Below are positions 17,782 to 26,861 of a stretch of DNA of 64,000 nucleotides, one piece after another. Every line of letters begins with the position of its first letter. The stretch's first letter is position 1. This stretch comes from a bacterium (lineage in GTDB: Bacteria > UBA8248), in contig OZ242260.1 in assembly GCA_965207065.1 (NCBI GenBank), positions 3,392,001 to 3,456,000 of the forward strand. Reading direction: 5' to 3'. The position numbers and the translations under genes are program-made. The notes beneath the pieces are model-generated. The model searched no databases and was not told where the DNA came from. It saw nothing but the letters and a program-made list of their open reading frames with translations.

Positions 17782-19920
17782 TTGGGGGGTCACGTATTGG
17801 GTTTTCGCGGCGTTTTGGACAAAATCGGCAGCCTCCTCGGGGCGGGTCTCTCCACGACGAGGACGCTGAGCGGTAATTCCCTCTGGGCGCTGCGCGTGCT
17901 GGGTTTCATCTTCGCCGTATATTTTCTCTTCGGCGCGGTGAACGGAAGTTTTACGGTCTTCGGCCCCAGAGCATTGAAACTGATGCAACTCGAATTTCCC
18001 TACATCCCGTATTACGGCGAACAGTTCTCTCTTCCCTTATTCATCTGCTTTACATCCGTTCTTACTTTTATGCTGTACCCCTGCAGGGCGAGTTCGCCTA
18101 AAGACAGGCCCTCTGGTTTCGACTTGCTCTGGTGCGTACTCAGCTTCGTCGTGATGTGCGAGTTCATGTATTACTACGACGATCGGGGCGCACGGGCGGG
18201 CATCGTGGAGTGGAACGACGTGGTGTTCGGCTTCGCCGCCGCATGCCTCGTCTGGGAGACATGCCGCCGTGTGCTCGGACTCGTTTTGCCGATAGTCGCC
18301 GTCGTGTTCCTGTTCTACGACTGGGCGGGGCCGATGTTTCCCGGTCTGCTCTCACACAAGGGTGCGGAGTTCGGCTACGTGATGGGCTACCTCTACAGCC
18401 AGTCGGGCATCTACGGGGTCATCACCCGCGTCTACGCGCAAGTTGTGTTCCTCTTCCTGATATTCGGCGCGCTGCTCCAGGCCACGAGGGTGGGGGACGT
18501 GTTCGTCGATCTCGCCTTCGCGCTCGTGGGCCGCTTCAAGGGCGGGGCGGCGAAGGCGTCCGTGGTGTCGAGCGGCCTCGTCGGCTCTATCGTGGGCAGC
18601 GGGGCGGCGAACATCGTCATCACCGGAACGTTTACTATCCCCCTCATGAAGCGCGCGGGATTCAAGGCCACCTACGCCGCGGCGACCGAGGCGGTGGCCA
18701 GCATCGGCGGCCACCTGATGCCGCCCATCATGGCGTCCGCCGCCTTCATCCTCGCCGCGATGACCGAGACGCCCTACTACAAGGTCGCGCTCGTGAGCCT
18801 CGTGCCCGCGCTGCTCTATTATCTCTCCGTATTCATGTCGGTCCACTACTACGCGAGCAAGAACAACTTGCAAGGCCTCACCAAGGATGAGTTGCCCGAT
18901 TTCTGGGGCGTGATGAAAAAAGACGGGATATTGCTCATCCCCATCGTGCTCCTCATCATGCTTCTCATCCTTCAGTTTTCGCCGTTTTTCGCGGGCTTCT
19001 GGGCCATCGTCGCCTCCGTCGTGGTGAGCACGTTCAAGCAGAAATGCTGGTATCTCCTGGGGCTGCAGGCGGCTGTATTCTTCGCCAGCATCATTTACGG
19101 CGGCGACGCGGTGTATTTCTACGTGATTATCGCCTGCTTCCTGTCGTGGCGGCATCAGGAGGCGCGGCGCATCATGTCGGAAATCGGCGATGCGTTCGTC
19201 ACGGGTTCGGTGAATTCGCTCGTCATCGGCGCGACGGCGGGCGTCATGGGCCTGGTGCTTACCGGCGTCACGCATCCCGATCTGGCCCAGAAGATGACGG
19301 CCATCATTCTTTCCTATTCGAACAACATGCTCTGGCTGGCGGTGGCTCTGGTGGCGCTCGCCAGCTACATCCTGGGCATGGGTATGACGATCACGGCAAG
19401 CTACATCCTCATCGCCATACTGGCCGGGCCCGCGCTGATGGACTTCGGCCTCTCGATGTTCGCCGCGCACATGATCATCCTCTGGCTGAGTCAGGACGCG
19501 GCCCTGACGCCGCCCTTCGCTCTCGGAGCCTTCGTGGCGGCGGGCGTAGCGCAGTGCGACCCCATGCGGACGGGCTTCATTTCGCTCAAGCTGGCGAAGC
19601 CGCTCTACGTCGTGCCGCTACTGATGGCCTACACACCGATCCTGATCAACGGGCCCTGGGATCAGGTTATTCTGGTCTGGGTGAGCGCTGCCCTTGGCTT
19701 CATATGCACCTCTGCGGCTCTGGAAGGCTATTTCCTGCGCATCCTGACGGTGTTCGACCGCCTTCTCATGGGAGCGGCCGGTATAGCCCTGTTCTGGAAC
19801 GGCATGTGGTACAAGACGACGGGGCTTGCGCTGCTGATCGTCTCGGTCGTCATGCAGCTCATGCGGCCAAAGGATTTCGTGACCCCCGTGCCATTTGAGG
19901 CGGAGTCGACCGAGGGTTAG
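17782..19920 (+). CDS. TRAP fused 4TM/12TM permease
   Basis: GGAAKASVVSS, GTFTIPLMKR, EAVASIGG.LMPPIM, LGMGM, LTPP; start codon uncertain. Confidence 0.92.
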   Translation: MGGHVLGFRGVLDKIGSLLGAGLSTTRTLSGNSLWALRVLGFIFAVYFLFGAVNGSFTVFGPRALKLMQLEFPYIPYYGEQFSLPLFICFTSVLTFMLYPCRASSPKDRPSGFDLLWCVLSFVVMCEFMYYYDDRGARAGIVEWNDVVFGFAAACLVWETCRRVLGLVLPIVAVVFLFYDWAGPMFPGLLSHKGAEFGYVMGYLYSQSGIYGVITRVYAQVVFLFLIFGALLQATRVGDVFVDLAFALVGRFKGGAAKASVVSSGLVGSIVGSGAANIVITGTFTIPLMKRAGFKATYAAATEAVASIGGHLMPPIMASAAFILAAMTETPYYKVALVSLVPALLYYLSVFMSVHYYASKNNLQGLTKDELPDFWGVMKKDGILLIPIVLLIMLLILQFSPFFAGFWAIVASVVVSTFKQKCWYLLGLQAAVFFASIIYGGDAVYFYVIIACFLSWRHQEARRIMSEIGDAFVTGSVNSLVIGATAGVMGLVLTGVTHPDLAQKMTAIILSYSNNMLWLAVALVALASYILGMGMTITASYILIAILAGPALMDFGLSMFAAHMIILWLSQDAALTPPFALGAFVAAGVAQCDPMRTGFISLKLAKPLYVVPLLMAYTPILINGPWDQVILVWVSAALGFICTSAALEGYFLRILTVFDRLLMGAAGIALFWNGMWYKTTGLALLIVSVVMQLMRPKDFVTPVPFEAESTEG

Positions 19921-19972
19921 CTCTTGGGGTTGTGGGAAAAGCTCCTTCTCGCTTGGAATTGACCACCGCTTC

Positions 19973-20000
19973 GTAGTGACAGGTCGAGACCTGACCTTAC
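19973..20000. repeat. GTAG-type REP-like palindrome
   Basis: GTAG-TGA-CAGGTC-GA-GACCTG-ACC-TTAC. Confidence 0.55.
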
Positions 20001-20028
20001 GGCCCCCACCTTTCAGAACGCTAACCAA

Positions 20029-20191
20029 CACTCCCCCCTTGAGGGGGAGTCGAAGAGCTGAGGGCGCAAGCTCGAAAGCGATTCGGTGGGGGGTATAATT
20101 CGGAATGGCGATAAAACGCGTTATACCCCCCACCGATTCAGCCTTCGCAAAAACTGCTCGACTTCATCGACTCCCCCTCAAGGGGGGAGTG
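20029..20191. repeat. REPIN/MITE-like nested inverted-repeat element
   Basis: Perfect 25-bp outer IR (20029-20053 / 20167-20191), each arm itself a hairpin; perfect 16-bp inner IR (20083-20098 / 20121-20136). Confidence 0.8.
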
Positions 20192-20279
20192 AACTTCAAA
20201 AGCGTTCGCGTAACCCAAAAACGTTTCTCGGGATTTTTACACCAACCCCCAATATGTCGCCTGAGAAAATCTTTACCGG

Positions 20280-21029
20280 CTAAGCCAGGAAGAATCCCCC
20301 GTTCACGTCGATTGTGACGCCGGTGACGTGACGCGCATCCTCGGATGCGAGGAAGGCGACGACGCCCGCGATATCATCAGGGCTGCCGATGCGTCCCAGG
20401 GGCGTGGCGCCTTCGGTTCTTTGCCTTTGTGAGTCGCTCATTTGTTCGAGGATGCGATCGGTGCCGATGACGCCGGGCGCAATCGCGTTCACGTTGATGT
20501 TGTGGGGGCCGAACTCACGCGCCAGGTGGCGCGTCAGACCGATGACGGCTGCCTTGGCGCTCGAATAATGCGGTCCCTGGAGCACGCTGGCAGAGCGTCC
20601 CGCGACGGAGGAGAAATTGACGATTCTGCCGCTCCTTCTCTCCTGCATGTGGGGCAGCACCGCCCAGCAGGCGCGGTAGGTGGTCTTGACGTTCATGTCG
20701 AACATCTTGTCGAAGGCCTCTTCGTCGATCTCCAGTGCCGAGAGAGGCAGACCCGCTCCGACGCAGTTCACGAGGCCGTCGATGGATCCGTGCGTTGAAA
20801 TGGTCTCCTGGAAGACTCGTTTCACATCTTCTGAGTTCAATGCGTCATAGGCCACTGAACTCGCGTCGCCTCCGTCGTCCTCTTTGATGAGTTTGACGGT
20901 TTCCTCGCGAGATTCGGCGATGTCCATGCAGACGACGTGCGCACCCTCGCGCGCAAGCCTGAGCGCGCTCGCCCGTCCGATGCCTCCGCCCGCACCCGTG
21001 ATGATGATGGTCTTGTTCTCGAAACGCAT
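20280..21029 (-). CDS. Short-chain dehydrogenase/reductase
   Basis: TGAGGGIG, YSSAK, NAIAPG; RBS AAGGAGG before the ATG at 21029. Confidence 0.92.
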   Translation of the reverse strand: MRFENKTIIITGAGGGIGRASALRLAREGAHVVCMDIAESREETVKLIKEDDGGDASSVAYDALNSEDVKRVFQETISTHGSIDGLVNCVGAGLPLSALEIDEEAFDKMFDMNVKTTYRACWAVLPHMQERRSGRIVNFSSVAGRSASVLQGPHYSSAKAAVIGLTRHLAREFGPHNINVNAIAPGVIGTDRILEQMSDSQRQRTEGATPLGRIGSPDDIAGVVAFLASEDARHVTGVTIDVNGGFFLA

Positions 21030-21221
21030 GAGTTTCCTCCTTTGGATAATGCCGCATCCTAGCCCAGGTCGGAAAAATTGTCGCCCAAGACTGGAGCGCT
21101 TCTCAGACCCTGAAGAAGATGCTAATTTGATGGTTCCGCTCAATAGACGAAATCGCCCGAGAGGGGAGGTGGACTGGTAATGTGCGCTCAAGTTCGGAAA
21201 GAAGATGAAGGATAGGGTGAA

Positions 21222-22259
21222 ATGAAATTCTCGATTTTTTACGTGATATGCCCCGAGGGGGACGAATCGGAAGCCGACGCCTACCAGAAGGTGATGGAGC
21301 AGTGCCAGGCGGCGGATGAACTCGGCTACCATTGCGCCTGGTTCGCAGAACACCATTTCTCAAAGGTGGGCATGTGCCCGGATCCCCTGCTCTGGTGTGC
21401 TGCGCTGGCGCAGAAGACGAAGAACATCCGCCTGGGAACGGCGATTTCCATCTTGCCCTTCCATAACCCGGTGCGCCTGGCCGAGCAGGCGGCGGTGGTC
21501 GATCTGCTGAGCGGCGGACGGCTCGAACTCGGCGTGGGCCGGGGTTCCCAGCCCAAGGAGTTCAAGACGTTCGGCGTAAAGCCGTCTGAGAGCAGAAAGC
21601 GGCTCGTCGAGGGAATGGAGATAATCTCGAGGCTACTGGCAGGCGAGCAGGTGACCTTCGAGGGCGAGTTCTATCAGTGTAAGAACGTTGAAATTTTCCC
21701 CAAACCCGTACAGAAGCCGAGGCCGCCGATCTGGCTGGCCGGCACGAGCCCCGAGACCTACACATACGCAGGGGAGAACGGCTTCAAGATCATGGCCTCG
21801 GCCGGCTTCAAGGGTCCCCAGGTCTACCGCGAGAAGATGAAGCTCTTTGAGGAAGCCGTGGCGGCGAGAGGGGGAGACCTCTCCGAGGTCGACTACACCA
21901 TGACGCATCGCTTCTACGTCTGTGAAGAAGGCGAGCAGACCGATTATCTCGAAAACTTCGAGCGGGGCCTTTCTTCTTATCTCGAATACCGCGCCAGGGT
22001 GAACGAGGTGGAGTTCACCGACGAGGAGGGCAGACACCTCCAGCGTAACTGGAGCTACAAGCTCGACGTTCGCGAATTCCTGAACGGCGGCGGCGTCATC
22101 GGTTCGGTGGAAGAAAACATTCAGGAGCTTTATCGTTTGAGGGATGATTTCGGTCTGAACCACGTGATTCTCGGCGTTTACGGCGACGGGATGAAGCACG
22201 AGGAGTCTCTCAAACTTCTGGAAAGATTCGCCAATGAGGTCGCGCCCGCGATGGCCTGA
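21222..22259 (+). CDS. LLM class flavin-dependent oxidoreductase (luciferase-like)
   Basis: WFAEHHF, IRLGT, PVRLAEQ..VDLLSGGRLELGVGRG, PKPVQKPRPPIW. Confidence 0.92.
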   Translation: MKFSIFYVICPEGDESEADAYQKVMEQCQAADELGYHCAWFAEHHFSKVGMCPDPLLWCAALAQKTKNIRLGTAISILPFHNPVRLAEQAAVVDLLSGGRLELGVGRGSQPKEFKTFGVKPSESRKRLVEGMEIISRLLAGEQVTFEGEFYQCKNVEIFPKPVQKPRPPIWLAGTSPETYTYAGENGFKIMASAGFKGPQVYREKMKLFEEAVAARGGDLSEVDYTMTHRFYVCEEGEQTDYLENFERGLSSYLEYRARVNEVEFTDEEGRHLQRNWSYKLDVREFLNGGGVIGSVEENIQELYRLRDDFGLNHVILGVYGDGMKHEESLKLLERFANEVAPAMA

Positions 22260-22318
22260 CGCGCCGCTCACCCGGCGCGGCCCACGCCTTCGCGCGCAAG
22301 GCTGGGGAGGGTATCCGC

Positions 22319-22744
22319 ATGTCATACGTGTTCGATTGGGACGACGGCGAAAAGATCGAGATGGAAGATATTGAATTGCCCCGGGGCTGGCGCATCCTCA
22401 TCGACCCCCGGAACACGAACTCCCGGATGCTCAGCATGGGGAATCAGGACATCCCCGTCGGCGGCGGAATCCCCGTCCATCTTCATGAAAAAGAAGAAGA
22501 AATCCTGTTCTTCCACGAAGGCGAGGCCGAAGTGGAGGTGGACGGCGAGGTCTACCAGGTCAAGGCGGGCATGACCGCTTTTCTGCCCGTGGGCGTGACG
22601 CATGGCTTGAAAAACACCGGCGACGTTCCCCTGAAACTCCTGTGGATGTTCTCACCGCCGGGGTATGAAGAGATTTTCCGCCACATGGCGGACATCGACA
22701 CGGACCACGGCAAGTACGAAGAACTGCATCCGAGGCAGGTGTAG
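22319..22744 (+). CDS. Cupin domain protein
   Basis: PVHLH...EE and P.GVTHGLKNTG cupin motifs. Confidence 0.9.
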   Translation: MSYVFDWDDGEKIEMEDIELPRGWRILIDPRNTNSRMLSMGNQDIPVGGGIPVHLHEKEEEILFFHEGEAEVEVDGEVYQVKAGMTAFLPVGVTHGLKNTGDVPLKLLWMFSPPGYEEIFRHMADIDTDHGKYEELHPRQV

Positions 22745-22801
22745 GCCGACTCAGACGTGACAGGAGTTTGATGCGTATGAGGTGTGCGCCTTGCTCTCCC
22801 G

Positions 22802-23167
22802 TTATTTCTTCAAATCAATCTTCTTGATCCAGTAATACTGCGAGAGCGTCCTCAGGCCCGAGGGCGTGACGGAGACGAGTTCGGCCGTGGAGCCTTTGAC
22901 GCCGCGCATGCTGCCCAGGTTCTGGTAGATGCGGATGTGGAACTCCTCGGGCGGGAATTTCGCCGTGACGAGCAGGGCGAGTCTTTCGGGACCCGTTGCC
23001 AGTTGCGCCTTGAGCGCGGGCGTGAGGCGCGAGGGGGCCGTCGCGTAGCCGTATCCGTAATAGAGGGCGAACAGAAGCGCCGCGGCCGCCAGGAAGCGCA
23101 CGGTGGGGTGCTGCGTCCAGCGGCGCTCGCTCAGATCGCTCCTGGGAGTGGTTGCGGAATCGTCCAT
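22802..23167 (-). CDS. Small membrane-anchored hypothetical protein ending the ABC operon
   Basis: One TM helix then a soluble domain (FPPEEFHIRIYQ); 3 bp after the permease stop. Confidence 0.65.
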   Translation of the reverse strand: MDDSATTPRSDLSERRWTQHPTVRFLAAAALLFALYYGYGYATAPSRLTPALKAQLATGPERLALLVTAKFPPEEFHIRIYQNLGSMRGVKGSTAELVSVTPSGLRTLSQYYWIKKIDLKK

Positions 23168-23170
23168 CTT

Positions 23171-24031
23171 TTAGTCCGGCCTCCAGACCATGCCCCACCT
23201 CTGGATGGTCCATCTTTCGAGCGGGATGAGAAGCAGCCTGTCCGTGATCATCCACATGATGGCGATGACGAGCACGCCCAGGAACACTTCTTCAATCTTG
23301 TACTCGGCGGCGGAGACGAAGATCATGAAGCCCAGGCCGCTGTCGCCGCCTATCATCTCGGCTGCGATGAGTGCGCGCCAGCCGAAGCCCATGCTCATGC
23401 GCACCCCGGTGACGATGCTGGGCAGGGCGCCGGGAATATAAACCTGGGTGATGATGGCCCACCGCCCGCCGCCCATCGTCATGACGGAGTTCTCATACAC
23501 CCGAGGCACGCCCCGGACTCCCAGCAGCGTGTTGAAGAAGATGAGCCAGAACACGGTGTTCAGCAGGATGAAGAGCGTCGTGAGCCAGCCGGTTCCGAAC
23601 CAGACGATGGCGAGCGGCACCCAGGCGATGCCGGATATGGCGTTCGCGAACACGCCGATGGGCTCGAGCGCGTGGGCGAAGCGGCGGCTCATGCCCGCCA
23701 GCACGCCCAGGGCGATGCCCGATGGAATGCCGATGACGAGACTCAGGCCCACGCGGCCCAGACTCGAGAGAATGTGATTGGTGAACATGCACTCGTACTG
23801 CATCGAGAGCACCGCGCTCGCCCCTGCACAACCATCTGAAAGCGTGTAAATCGCCTCCCAGATGGTGCCGATGGGCGGGATGAAGACAGGCGGGAGCCAT
23901 TCCATCGAGGTGTTCATCTGCCAGAAGGCCAGCAGCACGACGAAGGGGATGCTCCCCAGCATGATTCTCCGCAGCCGCTGGCGGCCGAAGCGTTTTTGAA
24001 TGCCGATGGCGGCCGTCTGGAGTACACTCAT
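23171..24031 (-). CDS. ABC transporter permease (SsuC/TauC type)
   Basis: IAWVPLAI.WFG, IPGALPSI, WRALIAAEM, GLGFMI; ATGA overlap with the upstream permease. Confidence 0.9.
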   Translation of the reverse strand: MSVLQTAAIGIQKRFGRQRLRRIMLGSIPFVVLLAFWQMNTSMEWLPPVFIPPIGTIWEAIYTLSDGCAGASAVLSMQYECMFTNHILSSLGRVGLSLVIGIPSGIALGVLAGMSRRFAHALEPIGVFANAISGIAWVPLAIVWFGTGWLTTLFILLNTVFWLIFFNTLLGVRGVPRVYENSVMTMGGGRWAIITQVYIPGALPSIVTGVRMSMGFGWRALIAAEMIGGDSGLGFMIFVSAAEYKIEEVFLGVLVIAIMWMITDRLLLIPLERWTIQRWGMVWRPD

Positions 24032-24852
24032 CGTTGAACGAGCCCCCACCTTTGAATGGTGTCCGCCTCGATGGGACGCAGGGCGAAGCGGTCGATCATG
24101 ATCCAGATGACGCCGATCATCACCATGCCGAGGATGACCTGGGCGGTGAGGTCCGCATCCTGCGCGGTGAAGATCATCCACCCCAAGCCTCGCCTTCCGG
24201 CGAGCATCTCGCCCGCGATGACGGCCCGCCATGCGTAGCCGATGCCCAGCCGGGCACCTGTGGCGATGTGGGGCATGGCGCTTGGTATCAGTACGTCCTT
24301 TACGATTCTCAGGCGCGAAGCCCCGAGTGTTCTCAGGGCGTTCACCAGAATCATCGGGGTGCTGCGAACGCCCGTCAGGACGTTGAAGGCTATCGGGAAA
24401 AAGCAGGTGTATAGAATGACGACGAACACCGTCTTCTCGCTGTTGCCCCACCAGACGACGATGATGGGCAGGATGGCGATGCCCGATATGGACTGAAAGA
24501 AGTTCATGATGGGGTAGAACATGTCCGAGACGGTGCGGTTCAGCCCCAGGGCGATGCCGAACGGGATGCCGAGCAACAGGCCGATGGCGCTGCCGATGAC
24601 GAGCCGCCAGAGCGTCTGGCCGATGTAGTTGGGCAATAAACCCTTCCAGATGACGTCGGTAGAAGACAGGACGACCGAAAGGGGTGAGGGGAGGTAGCGG
24701 CTCGGGTTGGGGATGTTCTCGGAGATGACGCTCCACAAGACGAGAATCCCCGCGATGAGGAGCACGAGTTCAATGCCGCCTCCCTTGATGAAACTCATCC
24801 ATCGCCTCGAACGTGCTTTTCCTCTTGGAGCCGTCTCGCTACTCCTCGTCAT
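24028..24852 (-). CDS. ABC transporter permease (SsuC/TauC type)
   Basis: LRTLGAS, IPSAMPHI, WRAVIAGEM, GLGWMI; start inferred. Confidence 0.9.
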   Translation of the reverse strand: MTRSSETAPRGKARSRRWMSFIKGGGIELVLLIAGILVLWSVISENIPNPSRYLPSPLSVVLSSTDVIWKGLLPNYIGQTLWRLVIGSAIGLLLGIPFGIALGLNRTVSDMFYPIMNFFQSISGIAILPIIVVWWGNSEKTVFVVILYTCFFPIAFNVLTGVRSTPMILVNALRTLGASRLRIVKDVLIPSAMPHIATGARLGIGYAWRAVIAGEMLAGRRGLGWMIFTAQDADLTAQVILGMVMIGVIWIMIDRFALRPIEADTIQRWGLVQR

Positions 24853-25627
24853 CGAACACCTCCTCGCGCACGAGGCGTAGGATTTCATCGCGCGGGTCGG
24901 TGTAGGTTTTCTCGGAGAGCAGGTCCTTCCAGATGCGATTCTCGCGCGGAACGTTAATCTTGACGGTGGCCTTGAGCTTGCCCGGACGGCGGGAGAAGAT
25001 GAAGCACCTGTCACCCAGGAACGCGGCCTCATCCACGTTGTGCGTGATGAAGAGAATGGTCTTGCGCGTCGCGATGGCGATGCGGTTCAGCTCTTCCTGC
25101 AGGGTGATTCTCGTCTGCGCGTCCACGGCGGCGAAGGGCTCGTCCATCAGCATCACCACCGGGTTCGCGCACAGCGTCCGCGCGAGGGCGCAGCGTTGTT
25201 TCATGCCGCCCGAGAGCTCGTGCGGATAGCGATCCTCAAAGCCCGAGAGGCCGACCAGGTCGACGAACTCCTGCACCCTTTGCTCCCGCTCGCTCCTGGC
25301 GATGCCCTGAATCTCCAGGCCGTGGCCGATGTTTCTCGCCACGGTGCGCCAGGGGAGAATGGCGTGTTCCTGAAACACCACCCCCCTGTCCGGGCCCGGC
25401 CCCTGCACCTCCCTGCCGTCCACCTGTACGCTGCCCTCGGTGTGGGGGAGAAGCCCCGCGAGGATGTTCAAGAGCGTGGTCTTGCCGCAGCCGCTCGGGC
25501 CGACGACGGCGGAGAATTCGCCGTCCTCCACCGAGAGGCTCACCTGATCGAGCGCGTGAACGTCCTCTCCCGTGTATTCGTCCGGATAGTGGTGCGATAG
25601 TCTGTCGACGACCAGTTTCGCAGGCAT
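24839..25627 (-). CDS. ABC transporter ATP-binding protein (nitrate/sulfonate type)
   Basis: GPSGCGKT, LSGGMKQR, LMDEPF, ITH. Confidence 0.95.
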   Translation of the reverse strand: MPAKLVVDRLSHHYPDEYTGEDVHALDQVSLSVEDGEFSAVVGPSGCGKTTLLNILAGLLPHTEGSVQVDGREVQGPGPDRGVVFQEHAILPWRTVARNIGHGLEIQGIARSEREQRVQEFVDLVGLSGFEDRYPHELSGGMKQRCALARTLCANPVVMLMDEPFAAVDAQTRITLQEELNRIAIATRKTILFITHNVDEAAFLGDRCFIFSRRPGKLKATVKINVPRENRIWKDLLSEKTYTDPRDEILRLVREEVFDDEE

Positions 25628-25652
25628 TCGTATCCTTTCCTCTCAGAGCGCA

Positions 25653-25686
25653 ATCCGCGCCCCGGCGGGTGGCGCGGGGCGCGGAT
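25653..25686. other. Intercistronic hairpin after the solute-binding gene
   Basis: 12-bp perfect stem atccgcgccccg/cggggcgcggat. Confidence 0.55.
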
Positions 25687-25701
25687 GTCAGACGGCGTCG
25701 A

Positions 25702-26718
25702 CTATTTGAGGTCCTTGAACCACTCGGGATGTTCCTTCATGGTCCGGTTGATGAACTGGAAGTCGAAGTATTTCTTGGGGTCGTAGGGGCGCTTCATCTT
25801 CTTCTGGGCGATGAGCTGTTTCACCGAGAATTTGAAGGCCTTGAGCGTGTTCTCGCCCAGACGCGTGTCATACGTCCACCACTTGATGGTGCGCTTGATG
25901 AGGGCGGCGTCCATACCGCGCACGTAGCGCGCGCCGATTTTCGAAATCTCGTCGATGTTCTTGGGGTCGCGCACATAAGCGGCCGCCTCGGACATGCCGT
26001 TCACGAACGCCTGGGTCGCCTTCTTGTCCTTGTAGACGCGCTCGGGCACGCCGTGCATGCCCGCGCAGAAGCATACGTAGTCGCCGCCGCGCGACACGAT
26101 GGAGGAACCCTTCACCTTGTCGACCATGCGGGTGAGGTAGGGCTCCCAAGCCACCATGGCGTCCACGCCGCCCGAATCGAACAGCGAGACGAGGCTCGGC
26201 GGACGCACGTTGATTCGGCGCACGCCGCCCACGCCGATGCCGTTTCTCTCGAGCAGGGTGCGGAGATAGAGGTCGCCGGTGGAGCCGAAGGTCGCGCCGA
26301 TTTTCTTGCCTTTCAAGTCCTTGATGCTCTTGACGCCCGTTCCGGGGCGCACGGCGATGCCCACCATCTCATCCGTGGTGGATTTCTTGTAGGAGCCGCC
26401 GACGTAGCCCACGACGCCGCGCACCTTGATGCCGCGCTCCAGCGCCGCCGGCAGGTTGGTGAAAGCGGCGGGCGCGAAGTCGATCTGACCGGCCTTGAGC
26501 GATTTGGTGAGCTGGGCGCCCGTGTTGCGCACGACGACTTTCCCGTCGAGCCCGTTCTTGGCGAAGAAACCCTTGTCGACGCCGACGAAGACTATCATGC
26601 CGCCGGTGTTGCTGGCCGCGCCGAGCTTGAGCGTGGGCGCCGCCGAGGCGAGTCCCGCCGCCGAGAGCGCATAGACGAGCGCGACGGCCAGAATGATGCG
26701 AACAGAATAGCTTTTCAT
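25702..26718 (-). CDS. ABC substrate-binding protein (SsuA/NMT1 type)
   Basis: RBS GGAGG, signal peptide, DKGFF, DLKGKKIG, WEPY. Confidence 0.9.
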   Translation of the reverse strand: MKSYSVRIILAVALVYALSAAGLASAAPTLKLGAASNTGGMIVFVGVDKGFFAKNGLDGKVVVRNTGAQLTKSLKAGQIDFAPAAFTNLPAALERGIKVRGVVGYVGGSYKKSTTDEMVGIAVRPGTGVKSIKDLKGKKIGATFGSTGDLYLRTLLERNGIGVGGVRRINVRPPSLVSLFDSGGVDAMVAWEPYLTRMVDKVKGSSIVSRGGDYVCFCAGMHGVPERVYKDKKATQAFVNGMSEAAAYVRDPKNIDEISKIGARYVRGMDAALIKRTIKWWTYDTRLGENTLKAFKFSVKQLIAQKKMKRPYDPKKYFDFQFINRTMKEHPEWFKDLK

Positions 26719-26782
26719 GATAAGCCTCCAAGAGTCCATGATGATAGAAAATGGCCATCTAAAAGATGTCGTGGCCGTGATA

Positions 26783-26798
26783 GTTTTATGATGGTAAC
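26783..26798 (-). promoter_or_regulatory. GlnR-box-like site upstream of the ABC importer
   Basis: Minus strand GTTAC-CATCAT-AAAAC (GTnAC-N6-GAAAC with one mismatch). Confidence 0.4.
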
Positions 26799-26861
26799 TT
26801 GAGTCGATCATTTTATTGTTTTGAGATGCAAGCGCCATGCGCGTATCCGCTTTCGTCTGCC

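Noticed and set aside
19973-20191. CRISPR array or structured RNA gene
   Set aside because: The repeats are inverted, with no direct repeat-spacer periodicity, no cas genes and no recognisable RNA family motif.
20280-21356. N-terminally extended ORF-track calls (also 36316-37464, 3510-4664 and 25702-26904)
   Set aside because: The extensions overlap neighbouring genes; internal starts fit the family boundaries better, most with a clear RBS.
23171-24736. 521-aa ORF-track protein as a single gene
   Set aside because: Its N-terminal part is an off-frame overlap of the upstream permease; the real start is the ATG at 24031.
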